Source of the DNA: an uncultured Candidatus Saccharibacteria bacterium
GTDB lineage: Bacteria; Patescibacteriota; Minisyncoccia; Phycocordibacterales; UBA9973
Assembly: GCA_964408305.1 (NCBI GenBank)
Contig: CAYOYW010000005.1
Location: 1-42,186 of the forward strand
DNA: 42,186 nucleotides
Reading direction: 5' to 3'
Positions 1 to 10,219 of this stretch are shown piece after piece; position 1 is the first letter of the stretch; each line of letters starts with the position of its first letter. The notes under the pieces are model-generated. The model searched no databases, was not told where the DNA came from, and saw only the letters and a program-made list of their open reading frames with translations. The position numbers and the translations under genes were made by a program.

Positions 1-55
1 ACTAGTAAAACATATAAAAGCATTTTATTTATTTGTATCATAACATGAAAGTACT
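1..55. repeat. Terminal direct repeat, identical to 42132..42186. This is the signature of a circular or circularly permuted assembly.
   Basis: actagtaaaacatataaaagcattttatttatttgtatcataacatgaaagtact occurs at both window ends. Confidence 0.95.
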
Positions 56-1025
56 GTCACTATTTGACTGAATAAGTTGTTGAATGATTGCACTAGAACG
101 TGCATGAATCAATGTAGAGAAATATTATGCTGCAGAAATAAAAAAAGATGCTATTCTTATTTCTCAAGACAATTACCCAGATATAATAAGGCTTGGTGAT
201 GTGAGAGATATTGACATTATTGAGGGGGGGGGGATAGATATAATTATATGATGAAGTCCTTGTCAATCGTTTTCCAATGCTTGAAAAAAAGAGTGATTTG
301 ATTGAAAAAGTTGATTATTTTACGAGTTTTTGAGAATACTTAGGGCTAATAAGCCTAGATTTTTCTTATTGGAAAATGTGAAGATGAAAAAGGAATGGCA
401 GGATATGATAACAAATATGTTGCTAGAAATATACCCAGATACAAAACTATATAATATAAATAGCTCTCTAGTATCTGCACAACTTAGAAACAGATTCTAC
501 TGGACCAATATACCATGAATTACTATGCCGGATGATAAGTGAATTGTCTTACAAGATATATTAGAAAGTTGATATACGGAAAGAAAAAAATATAGAGAAT
601 TATTAGAAAGTGATAGTAGACCACTAATTACAAAAGATAAAATGTTGTGGAGGTATATGGCTACATGATTTACAACTCTAGTATGGGATAGTGAAAAAAC
701 ATATTTGAGAGTAAAAGAAGCTACTAAAAAATGATATGTAGATATATGAGTAGATGAATGAGTAGATCTATCATATCCTACAAGTAAAACAAGAAGAGGA
801 AGAAGTATGAAAAGCAAAATACACACAATTACAAAAACAAAAAATGAATACTATCTTTTTGATGGTGAAGATATTAGATATCTTACTCAACAAGAACTAG
901 AAAAATGTCAAACATTGCCTGTATGATATACAAAATGTTTGCCTAGAAATAAGGCAGCATGATGTATAGGAGATTGACGAACGGTAGATGTTATCGCCCA
1001 CATATTTAGCTTTATTAAAAAATAA
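45..1025 (+). CDS. DNA (cytosine-5)-methyltransferase, 326 aa
   Basis: Code-25 translation gives MKVLSLFDGISCGMIALERAGI (motif I), IIIGGSPCQSFSNAGK (motif IV, catalytic Cys), PRFFLLENV (motif VI) and a C-terminal IGDGRTVDVIAHIF. Several of the motif glycines are TGA codons. TAA stop at 1023. Confidence 0.95.
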
Positions 1026-1028
1026 TAA

Positions 1029-1844
1029 ATGGAAAATCCTAGTTACTACGCAATCATACCAGCAGATGTGAGGTACTCAGATATCAAAGCAAATGCGAAG
1101 CTCCTATATGGAGAAATAACAGCCCTATCAAATAAGACAGGGATATGTTTTGCTAGTAATTCATATTTTGCTAATTTATATGGCGTATCTGACAAACAAG
1201 TATCTCTATGGATCAAAGAGCTTATGAATAAGTGATTTATAGATGTTGTTATCAAGCAAGAGGAGGGTAACAAAAGGTATATAACTATACACCAAAAAGT
1301 TACTACCTATACACCAAAAGGTGATGAGGGTATACACCAAAAGGTTTGATATAATAATACAAGTAATAATAATACCTCTAAAATCTCTACTAAAGTAGAT
1401 ACACCTGACGGTGATATAACGCCATCTGATCCTAAAATTGAAACCACCTGAAAAAAACCAGCTCACCCCCCAAAGCCCCCCTCTCAAGATTGACGTAGCG
1501 ACAGATCTCGTGAAGATATAAATACGCTAATTAAAACACTGAGGGAAACAGCGAAGGAACTTTGATTTGTATATGACAATGACAATGAACGCTTTTTTTG
1601 CAAGCATATACTAGACAGTACATTATTTTGAGACTTTGCTCAAAAGATATGAAAGTCCAGGACTGAAACAGCCGTGAGGATTATGATCCAAAGTAAGCAA
1701 TTCTACAAAACATGTATGTGACCAAAGGCGATATACAAAAACTACGCTCAGGTATACAATGACTTTGTACAGAAAAAACAACCAAAACAAGATACGAAAA
1801 ACTGAGTAACTAATTTATCCGCTTTAGCTAACCAATGAAAATAA
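1029..1844 (+). CDS. Replication-associated helix-turn-helix protein (replisome-organizer/DnaD-like N-terminus), 271 aa
   Basis: N-terminus YYAIIPADVRYSDIKANAKLLYGEITALSNKTGICFASNSYFANLYGVSDKQVSLWIKELMNKGFI is typical of the phage replication HTH family. The frame is open with TGA=Gly. TAA at 1842. Confidence 0.7.
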
Positions 1845-2224
1845 AACCTTACATCCCAGTAGTAAAAATTGAAATGAGATCTATGTGAAACGAAAAAGAG
1901 TACATAGATTGCCCTGAAATTATTACAAAGGAAATGCTTGATGCAGCACTTGCTGATTGATCTAGGTTTATCAACCTATGAGATGAAACAATCAACAAGG
2001 CAGATATCAAGAGAGTATTCATTGTGAGACCTCAGAATGATATTGAGGAGTTTATAGCACAACAGTCGTGAGATTTCAAAAAACAACTCCAAGATATATA
2101 CAACGAAAGAAAAGAAAAGAAAGTTAATACAAATTGAATTACACATTTACAGAATATACGAAAAGATAGATTTTGAGAAAAGAAAGTAGACAGTCAGAAA
2201 GCCATAAAACCTACTAAAAAATAA
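1835..2224 (+). CDS. Hypothetical protein, 129 aa
   Basis: The ATG overlaps the upstream stop region. The frame is open to TAA at 2222 once TGA is read as sense. Confidence 0.6.
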
Positions 2225-2238
2225 TCTCGTATTTCCTC

Positions 2239-2266
2239 TTGCAAATAAGAACTACGTTCGTATACT
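2239..2266 (+). promoter_or_regulatory. Sigma70-like promoter TTGCAA-N16-TATACT (copy 1 of a conserved CTCTTGCAA element)
   Basis: cctcTTGCAAataagaactacgttcgTATACT lies in a 74-nt gap upstream of the ATG at 2299. The same core is seen at 9299, 16039 and 41636. Confidence 0.6.
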
Positions 2267-2298
2267 ATAAACACTCATTTAGCACTTACAGATAAAAT

Positions 2299-2529
2299 AT
2301 GTCAGTAGTAAAACAAGAGAGTATCACGGAAGAGATGATCGATAAACACGTAGAAAAGTTTATTGATAGATTAGATATCTTATTCCATATACACTATCCA
2401 AAACGACTAGCTGATAAATTGTACTGAACTGCTAGATATGATCAGATAATAAGATGATATGCTAGAGATGAATTGGAAGCCGAAGAAGAAAACCTACAGA
2501 ATGATTTATCTCGTGAAAAATCAGAATAA
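2299..2529 (+). CDS. Hypothetical protein, 76 aa
   Basis: ATG at 2299 to TAA at 2527, with two in-frame TGA codons. Confidence 0.55.
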
Positions 2530-2648
2530 TGTATTACACTATATTACGTTTCAAGAGAGAGTTATTAGAAAAAATATACAAATGAATGATGATTGTATAC
2601 GCTGGTATAGCTATAACAATTATTATCGTAGGTATATGTATCAATTAG
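2529..2648 (+). CDS. Small hydrophobic protein, 39 aa
   Basis: TAATG stop/start overlap. Contains the TM-like stretch MMIVYAGIAITIIIVGICI. TAG at 2646. Confidence 0.35.
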
Positions 2649-2676
2649 TTTTTATCCGTAATTTATATAACCATAG

Positions 2677-3111
2677 ATGAAGTACAACGAACAGTGTTCA
2701 TGCTGCGGTAACAGAGTTACTGCATACACACATGGATTGAACTTGTGACTGATCAAAGCATTAGATGAGTTATGCAAGTTGCGAGATAAAAAGAGAAAAC
2801 CAATCAATGAGAGAAAGGAGTTGAATCTCACACTAAATGTACACTGTAACTTTCAAAAGCTCCGTTATTGGGGGCTAGTACAGCTTGTAGCTGGGGGGTG
2901 ATGGGAACCAACTCTTCTCTGATTGAGGTTCTGGCAATGATTAGAACCAGTACCAAACATTGTTGCTGCTATGCGTAATGAAGTACTACCGTACGATCAT
3001 ATAGCATGGACAACACATAAAGCACAACCTAAAAACAAGTACATACGAGAAGAAAAAGAGTTCGCATATAAAAAGCGTGAAGACTACGCTCAAGAAAGGT
3101 CTCCATTTTAA
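2677..3111 (+). CDS. Hypothetical Cys-cluster (CSCC...H) putative DNA-binding protein, 144 aa
   Basis: MKYNEQCSCCGNRVTAYTHGLNLGLIKALDEL...NFQKLRYWGLVQL. The frame was verified codon by codon. TAA at 3109. Confidence 0.6.
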
Positions 3112-3129
3112 TCCTTATTTCAAAAGACC

Positions 3130-3639
3130 ATGCAAAATATGACTCCTAATAATATACAAATCTGGTATAATTCGTATATTCAAAGAACATGACGTTCTAA
3201 TAATTCTGAGGAAGAATTATCATTGCTTATTGATTTTGCAAAAGATCATAATCTATATGACGAAGAAGCTGAGGCAAGAAATGAAATGAATGTAACAAGA
3301 CCAATTTTGAGACAAGTACCAGAAGACAAAGATTGACAATGAGATACAAGAATGTACAGATCTTGAACGTGGGAACCTCTTAGCGAATATGATATCAGAG
3401 ATCTAAAAGACTTTGATAGAGTATATTATTGGTATGAATCATGATCTTATGAATGAAGCTGATATATGATTGGTATAAAAAACGGTAAATGGTATTGAAA
3501 AGATATGTGACATTGTTCTTGCTACGGTCCTACTGAAGGTATAGAAAATGCAACACCATATAATTCATTTGAGGAATGTCTGGCAAATGCAACATTCACT
3601 CATGTACAAAAAGAATATATCAAAAAGGATTATCTTTAA
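3130..3639 (+). CDS. Hypothetical protein, 169 aa
   Basis: ATG at 3130 to TAA at 3637 with many in-frame TGA codons. No family recognised. Confidence 0.6.
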
Positions 3640-3651
3640 TTGATATCTCCT

Positions 3652-4914
3652 ATGGGGGATATTACAATGGATGGATATCTGTCTATTGTAATATCCTTTT
3701 ATATGGTAAACGCCTTACGTATGAAGATATTCTGAAAAGAAATTATTGAAGACAAAGTACTGGATCAACTCAATAATTGTATGATCCCAGGATCAATATG
3801 AGTTCTTACTGCAGATGCACATTACGGATATTCTATGCCAGTAGGTTGAGCAGTAGCGTATGAAAATCATATATCACTTTCATGAGTGGGTTTTGATATC
3901 TGATGTGGAAACAAAGCAGTCAAAACTAACCTAAAAGTATCTGATATTGATATCACACAAGTTATGCACAGAATATCGAGAGAGATATGATTCGGAGTAG
4001 GAAGACCAAACCCTGATCCAGTTGACCATCCAGTATTGGATAAAATCAAAAATGCAGTATTTGCTCCTCAAAGAGAACTTTATGAGCTTGCATCTAAACA
4101 ACTAGGTACAGTATGATCTGGAAATCATTATGTAGATATTTTCAAAGACGAAGAAGATACAATATGGATTTGAGTACATTTTTGATCAAGATGATTCGGA
4201 CACAAAACAACTATGATGTTTATAGCTATGTCACAATGACTACAGCCATTTGACAAAGCACACGAGTGACCTATGGATGGTAAACCTATCCTATTTGATA
4301 TGGACACACAAATATGAAAAGACTATTTTGAGGCAATGTCACTAGCAGGAGAGTATGCTTACGCTGGGCGTGATATTGTGTGTAATAAAGTTCTGGAGAT
4401 ACTAGGAGGCGTTTCAGTGGAAGAAATACACAATCATCACAATTTCGCACGAAAGGAAAGCCACTTTTGACGTGATTATTATGTGGTTAGGAAAGGATGT
4501 ACTCCTGCTTTCCCATGACAGAAATGATTTGTTGGAGCAAATATGGCAGATCAGTCAGTTATCCTAGAGTGAGTAGATTCAGAAGATTCAAAACAATGAC
4601 TTTATTCTACTGTGCATTGAGCTGGTAGAGTTATGGGAAGAAACGAAGCTGCATGAAAGAAGAGATGGAGAAAAGATAGAAAAATACGAGAGGTTATTCG
4701 TGAATGAAAAGTCAACTTTGATAATGTAAAAGATTATATGAAATCAAAAGGTATTGAGCTTGTAGGAGCATGAGCTGACGAAGCTCCTGAATGCTACAAA
4801 TCTCTCAAAGAAGTATTAGCATATCAATGAGATACAGTAAAAATCTTACACACGCTTACTCCAATATGAGTCGCTATGGCTGGAGAAGATGTGTACGATC
4901 CGTACAAAGACTAA
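3652..4914 (+). CDS. rtcB: RtcB-family RNA 3'-phosphate/5'-OH ligase, about 420 aa
   Basis: Motifs ADAHYGYSMPVGGAVAY, GFDIGCGN, VGSGNHYVDIF, HFGSRGFGHK, HNHHNFA, VRKGCTPA and STVHGAGR. Every line was checked in frame. TAA at 4912. The true start may be an internal ATG at 3703 or 3721. Confidence 0.93.
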
Positions 4915-4945
4915 TTTATTTATATACCTTATATAGTACAGACAA

Positions 4946-5929
4946 ATGAAAATATCTGAAGAACAGCCAACACCAGTAGAGTGAAAGGATTGGGTAATAT
5001 GATGTATGAAATCAATAAATACTAAACTATATAACGCAGGATTTAAGTTAGATAATACAAAATACGTGTTTATAGAAGAGGAAATAAGGAAGCACATGCC
5101 CCAACAGCTCAAACCTCTGGATATTGAAAAAATAGAAAAAGAAGTAGGACAAGAAGTTATTAGAAGACATCGTACTGAATGAATACCTATACCTGAAGAA
5201 GCATATATCAATAAGTATGAGATACTGTTATCTATCCTCTCCCAATACTGACAAGCACCCACTTCTACAGAGGGAGAGAAAATAGATAGACTATATAATG
5301 TAAAAGAAATAATGGAAAATTGAGGTATTATGTCTTCTGATAGTATAGACTGGGTAAATCCAATAATATCAGTTGATAAATGAGTTCCTTGATGAGATAT
5401 GACCTGTAGAACAGTATCTGTAAAAGACAAGAATTGAAAGATATTTATGATAGATAGTTTTACATATCCTACTCCCCAACCCCAAGAGTCACAGAAAGTA
5501 GAATATAAAATGTGAACATTAGAATGTTATTTACAATGACTGTGATATGAGGAGTGAGATATAAAAGAGATTATGCAGTTCGCAAATATATTCATATCAA
5601 AAAAAGTAGAGCCACAGAGCCAATCTGTCAATGTGGATGAACTGGTAAGAGACTTTATGTTGGATATTTGAGATGTATACCAAGAGGTTGACGGCCCTTC
5701 TTGTATTACATGCAGTGGAGAATATAATTATAAATATTATACAGTAGTTATCAGAGATAAGCTCAAACAACTCCTCTCTCACATAGTACCACAGAAGCAG
5801 CAATATCCCAGAACTAAGGTTTCAGAGTGGTTGTTAAAATCTTGATGGGTTTCTCATAATGAAGAAGAAAATGAGTGCCTACAAGTATTGCGAGATTTCC
5901 TCAAAGACAACTGACTCCTAAGGGAGTAA
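4946..5929 (+). CDS. Hypothetical protein, 327 aa
   Basis: Frame verified codon by codon from ATG at 4946 to TAA at 5927, with more than 20 in-frame TGA codons. No family recognised. Confidence 0.7.
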
Positions 5930-5956
5930 CACCTATTTATATACTCGTTACACACT

Positions 5957-6205
5957 ATGACTAAGCAAGAGATGTTAAAAGAAATATATAGAATAATCAA
6001 AACCCACCCTGAGTGAGATACTTGATATTCCACAATAAGAATTGGAGATATAATAGACCACCTATTTACATTTATGGACGATAGAGAAGTGTTTTTACGC
6101 ATACAAGGTATTATAGATGAAAAGTATAACACATCACATGCAACTGAAATATCAAACCGACCGATAGAAGCCATACACTACACCTACTCCATAATAACTA
6201 AGTAA
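5957..6205 (+). CDS. Hypothetical protein, 82 aa
   Basis: ATG at 5957 to TAA at 6203. Confidence 0.5.
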
Positions 6206-6232
6206 TCTATTTATCAATAATATATCTAAATC

Positions 6233-6445
6233 ATGAACAGAACAGAAAAAGTAAACGTATACGTTCAATGGCGAGTTATCAAAGAAAACTTTACATTCGG
6301 TAGATACGGTACGCCTAGAGAGGCAGAAATCAAACTTGTGGAACTAGGAGAATGAGTTATCAAAAAAGTCACTACGGTAACTACTAGGACTTTTGAGGAA
6401 TACAATCCTTTAGATCCTATCCCAGAAGAAGATGGTGGTGAATAA
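6233..6445 (+). CDS. Hypothetical protein, 70 aa
   Basis: ATG at 6233 to TAA at 6443. Confidence 0.5.
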
Positions 6446-7004
6446 TATATCAAAGTTCCCTTGGGTATTCAAATGAGGGGAACATTATTTCATACAGATC
6501 CTGGATCGCAATAGAAGTGCATCAGGCAATAACAATAGATGTATCAAAGCATACTTCATTAGTACAAAGGAAGAACTAGATGAAAAACTAGACGAAATAA
6601 TGAAAATTGCAAAAGCTACAAACAGTAGAGTATACATGCACCCAGCTAGGAGAGATAAAAAAGCTCTTGCTATTGATTTACTAAGGTATGTAGTGGCTTG
6701 TGTTACTACTCGGTCTATTGCTAGGCTGCGAAGATGTTACGAAACAGTAGCAGGTAGAAACATAGGAACAGAGAAAATGCGAATTGTAGATATAGATACA
6801 AAAGATCAGAAAATCATAGATGAAACAATCGATCATATTGCTATTATTAGACCATTCAGAAGACCATTCAAGATGCTTGAAACTGTAGATTGATATCATG
6901 CTATCTACCAATGAGGTTTTGATAGAGATGAATACTACAGAACTCGTATACATAAATGGGATGTACATACAAATAATCCAACAATCCTTTATGCCGAACA
7001 ATAA
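6432..7004 (+). CDS. Hypothetical protein with DxD / GYH motifs (possible nucleotidyltransferase or Prim-Pol-like fold), 190 aa
   Basis: GGEHYFIQILDRNRSASGNNNRCIKAYFI...SRVYMHPARRD...MRIVDIDTKD...LETVDGYHAIY...HKWDVHTNNPTILY. It sits between rtcB and cca. The function is a guess. Confidence 0.6.
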
Positions 7005-7007
7005 AAA

Positions 7008-8375
7008 ATGATACATCCATTCCAAGTAACAATAGCCCTAGAGCTATGCAAAGAGATATGATGAAAAACCTATATTGTATGAGGTGCAGTAAGAGATATT
7101 GTCATGGGTAAAGTTCCCAAGGATGTAGATCTTGCAACAAATGTGCCTATTTCAGATATATGTCATAGATTCGAAACTCATGATATTGGTAAAAACAAAG
7201 ATTTTGGTATTGTAGTCGTTATCTATAAATGATTTCACTTTGAGGTAGCACATTTCAGAAAAGATGGAAAATACTCTGATAGCAGAAGACCTGACTCAGT
7301 TCAACTTATTGATGATTTATACGAAGATCTTGCAAGGAGAGATTTTACTATGAATGCAATGGCATACGATGGTGAAAACATCATAGATCCATATAATTGA
7401 AAACAAGATATCAAAAAATGAATTATTAGATTTGTGTGAAATCCAAACGATAGAATTACTGAAGATAATCTCAGAGTTTTGAGGGCATATAGATTTGCTG
7501 CAAGATATAACTTCGATATCGCTGATGAGTTAGTTATGAAATGATATAGTCTTTTATGAGTAGCACAGGAGAGAGTCACTGATGAACTCAAGAAAGTAGC
7601 AAGCTATGGATGAAAACCACTTGCATCATTTATTCATAGATTGACAAATAACTCTATTGTGATTATACCAGAAATACAATCAAACCATTTATCGCAATCA
7701 ATGCTGCACCATCCAGAGTGATCTGTATTCAACCATATTATCCAATGTTTATGTGTTTCAGATATAGAAAACTATCTTGTTAATTTGTGTATATTATTCC
7801 ATGATGTAGGCAAACTAAACACATATAATCTAAAAGACGGTAAACATACATTTTATGGCCATGATACGGTAGGTGCAGAAATGATGGAAGCTATTGGGAA
7901 AAGAATGAAGTTCAGTACTGATGAAATAGAAACAATGAAATATGTCTGTAGAAATCACATGATCTGGCGATGGATGACAGACATGAAAAAATCTAGGATG
8001 GCAGATATAATAGTACACAAAGATTATCCTATTTTAGAGCAAGTATGTTTATGTGACGAGCTTGGTAGATTATATATGTGAGATATATTCAAACGAGCTA
8101 CTCAAAAATGAATTATTGATTTGACTAGAGTTTTGTATGATAAAAAGTCAGAATATGATAAGAAAATAAAATCATTTGTAGATGGTCGCAAGATAATGGA
8201 ACTCCGCCCAGACTTAGAATGATCTTATATTGGTATTGTAAAAAATATCGTAGTTGAGTATATCACCGATAGAGATTTCAAAGTGGACCAGGAGGAAGTT
8301 GAGAAGATAATCAAAAACTATAACAAAGAATTGAAGATCCAACCAAACCCTATCAAGCACCACAAAATACCATAG
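7008..8375 (+). CDS. cca: CCA-adding enzyme (class II tRNA nucleotidyltransferase with HD domain), 455 aa
   Basis: Motifs GGAVRDIVMGKVPKDVDLAT, RRDFTMNAMAY, FVGNPNDRITEDNLRVLRAYRFAARY and the HD motif LFHDVGK. Verified codon by codon. TAG at 8373. Confidence 0.93.
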
Positions 8376-8398
8376 TTTTATATCCTATACTCGATTGT

Positions 8399-8980
8399 AT
8401 GGTAGTAACACCCAAAACACGCAGAATAGTTTTGAGAAGACAATGAGGTATGTGTCGAGTAGAATGATGTACAAACAAACCATTGGAAATGCACCATATA
8501 TATTTCAAATCTCAGTATAAAAAAGATGATAGGGATGAGGCATGGAATCTGGCGTGATTATGTTCTAAACATCACAAAGACAATGTCGTGTGAGTACATG
8601 GATCCAACACAGAGTTGCGTGAAGCTCTTGTTGCACAAGCTGACCGTATCAAGCCACCTTATGAGAGATCTTTGGAGGTAATAAAAAAAGAAAGAAAGGA
8701 AGAGGTAGTATTGACTGATCACGAACTTAAAATGCTACAACGAGCAAAACAAAGAGACAAAGAGTACAGAAGACAGAGAGCGGTAGCATGGAAAAACAAA
8801 CAAGATCCAGAAATCGCAAAAGTTAGAAAAGAACGTAGAAAAAGAAGAGAGAAAAAATATAGGTTTGACAAAGAGATGTCTTTTAGAGCTACACATAATT
8901 GATTCAGTCCATCTCAATATAACTACAGAAAGCAAAAAGATTATTTACGTAACCAAAGGAAGTTATGAAGATATCTATAA
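8399..8980 (+). CDS. HNH endonuclease, 193 aa
   Basis: RRQGGMCRVEGCTNKPLEMHHIYF...DEAWNLAGLCSKHHKD followed by a basic tail. TAA at 8978. Confidence 0.85.
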
Positions 8981-9294
8981 AACCTCTTTCAATAAATAAG
9001 GCATTTCAGGGACGCAGATTCAAGACACAAGACTATAGGAGCTACGAACAATGACTCATGCTATTACTTCCTAATATAAAGTTACCAAAGGATATTAAGA
9101 TATCAATGACTATCGAGCGACACTTTTCGAATGAAGCTCAAGATATAGATAGTTCGGTAAAACTAACACTAGATGTCCTGCAAAAAAAATGGTGATTCAA
9201 CGACAAGCAGATATATCAACTAAATATGACTAAAAAGATTGTACCAAAATGAATGGAATGATTTACACTAGACGTTTGAGAAATTGTAGAATAA
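8965..9294 (+). CDS. rusA: RusA-family Holliday-junction resolvase, 109 aa
   Basis: KPLSINKAFQGRRFKTQDYRSYE...EAQDIDSSVKLTLDVLQKKWGFNDKQI. It overlaps the HNH gene by 16 nt. Confidence 0.8.
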
Positions 9295-9298
9295 TCTC

Positions 9299-9326
9299 TT
9301 GCAAATAAGAATGTAGTTCTTATTAT
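9299..9326 (+). promoter_or_regulatory. Promoter TTGCAA-N16-TATTAT (copy 2)
   Basis: atctcTTGCAAataagaatgtagttctTATTATacta. The first 16 nt are nearly identical to copy 1. Confidence 0.6.
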
Positions 9327-9357
9327 ACTAATATATTTATTTCATATACAAGTTTAC

Positions 9358-10167
9358 ATGACAGATACAGCTGGGGGGGAAATTGTACAAAAACCATGAT
9401 CGATTGCTATTTTTGATAGAGTCGATGTCAAGGATAAGTTCAAAGCGGTACTATGAAAGAAGTCGCCACAATTTATAGCATCTGTACTAACAGTAGTGAG
9501 TCAAAATGACTTACTCAAAAAAGCAGATCCTACTAGTATTTACTTAGCAGCACTTGTAGCAGCTACGCTAGATCTACCAATAAATCCTAACCTATGATAC
9601 GCACATATTGTGCCATATGGTGGGAAAGCACAGTTCCAAATGTGATATAGATGATTTATTCAATTAGCACATAGGACGAACCTTTTTAGAGATATTGATG
9701 CACAACCAGTGTATGAATGACAACGTGTACAGGATGATACTGTATTCGGATGATGGACATTCAAACGAAGTGCAAAAACATCTGATAAGATTATATGATA
9801 CGCTTCGTACTTCGAACTCATATCGTGATTCAAGCATACATTCTACATGAGCTTGGAAGAGATCCAAGAACATGGGAAAGAGTATAGTAAAACATACTGA
9901 CTAGAAAGTGGTAGATGGAAAAAAGATTTTGATGCAATGGCAGAAAAAACTGTATTGAAATTACTACTAAATAAGTACGCACCACTATCATTGGAAAACA
10001 CATACCAACTTGCAGAAGCTATCAAATATGATCAAGCGATTATCAATGCTGACTGAACTCCAGATTATGCGGACAATGAGCCAAGTATGGAGGCAGTAAT
10101 GGAATGATTCGAAAAGAGTCCTTTACCTTCTAACAAAGGTGGAGATGCAGAAGAATGATTATCTTAA
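9358..10167 (+). CDS. recT: RecT-family single-strand annealing recombinase, 269 aa
   Basis: LPINPNLGYAHIVPYGGKAQFQMGYRGFIQLAHRT and FDAMAEKTVLKLLL. Verified codon by codon. TAA at 10165. Confidence 0.92.
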
Positions 10168-10219
10168 TCTAACAGGTATATGAAGACAAGTAGTTGAGGC
10201 ATGGCTAGAACATAAAATT

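Noticed and set aside
249-254. The alternative reassignment TGA=Trp (table 4)
   Set aside because: TGA aligns with invariant Gly positions (GGSPCQ, FDGISCG, GSGNHY, GGAVRD and the polyglycine fibre repeats). Trp positions are encoded by TGG, for example WGN and KWIEKW.
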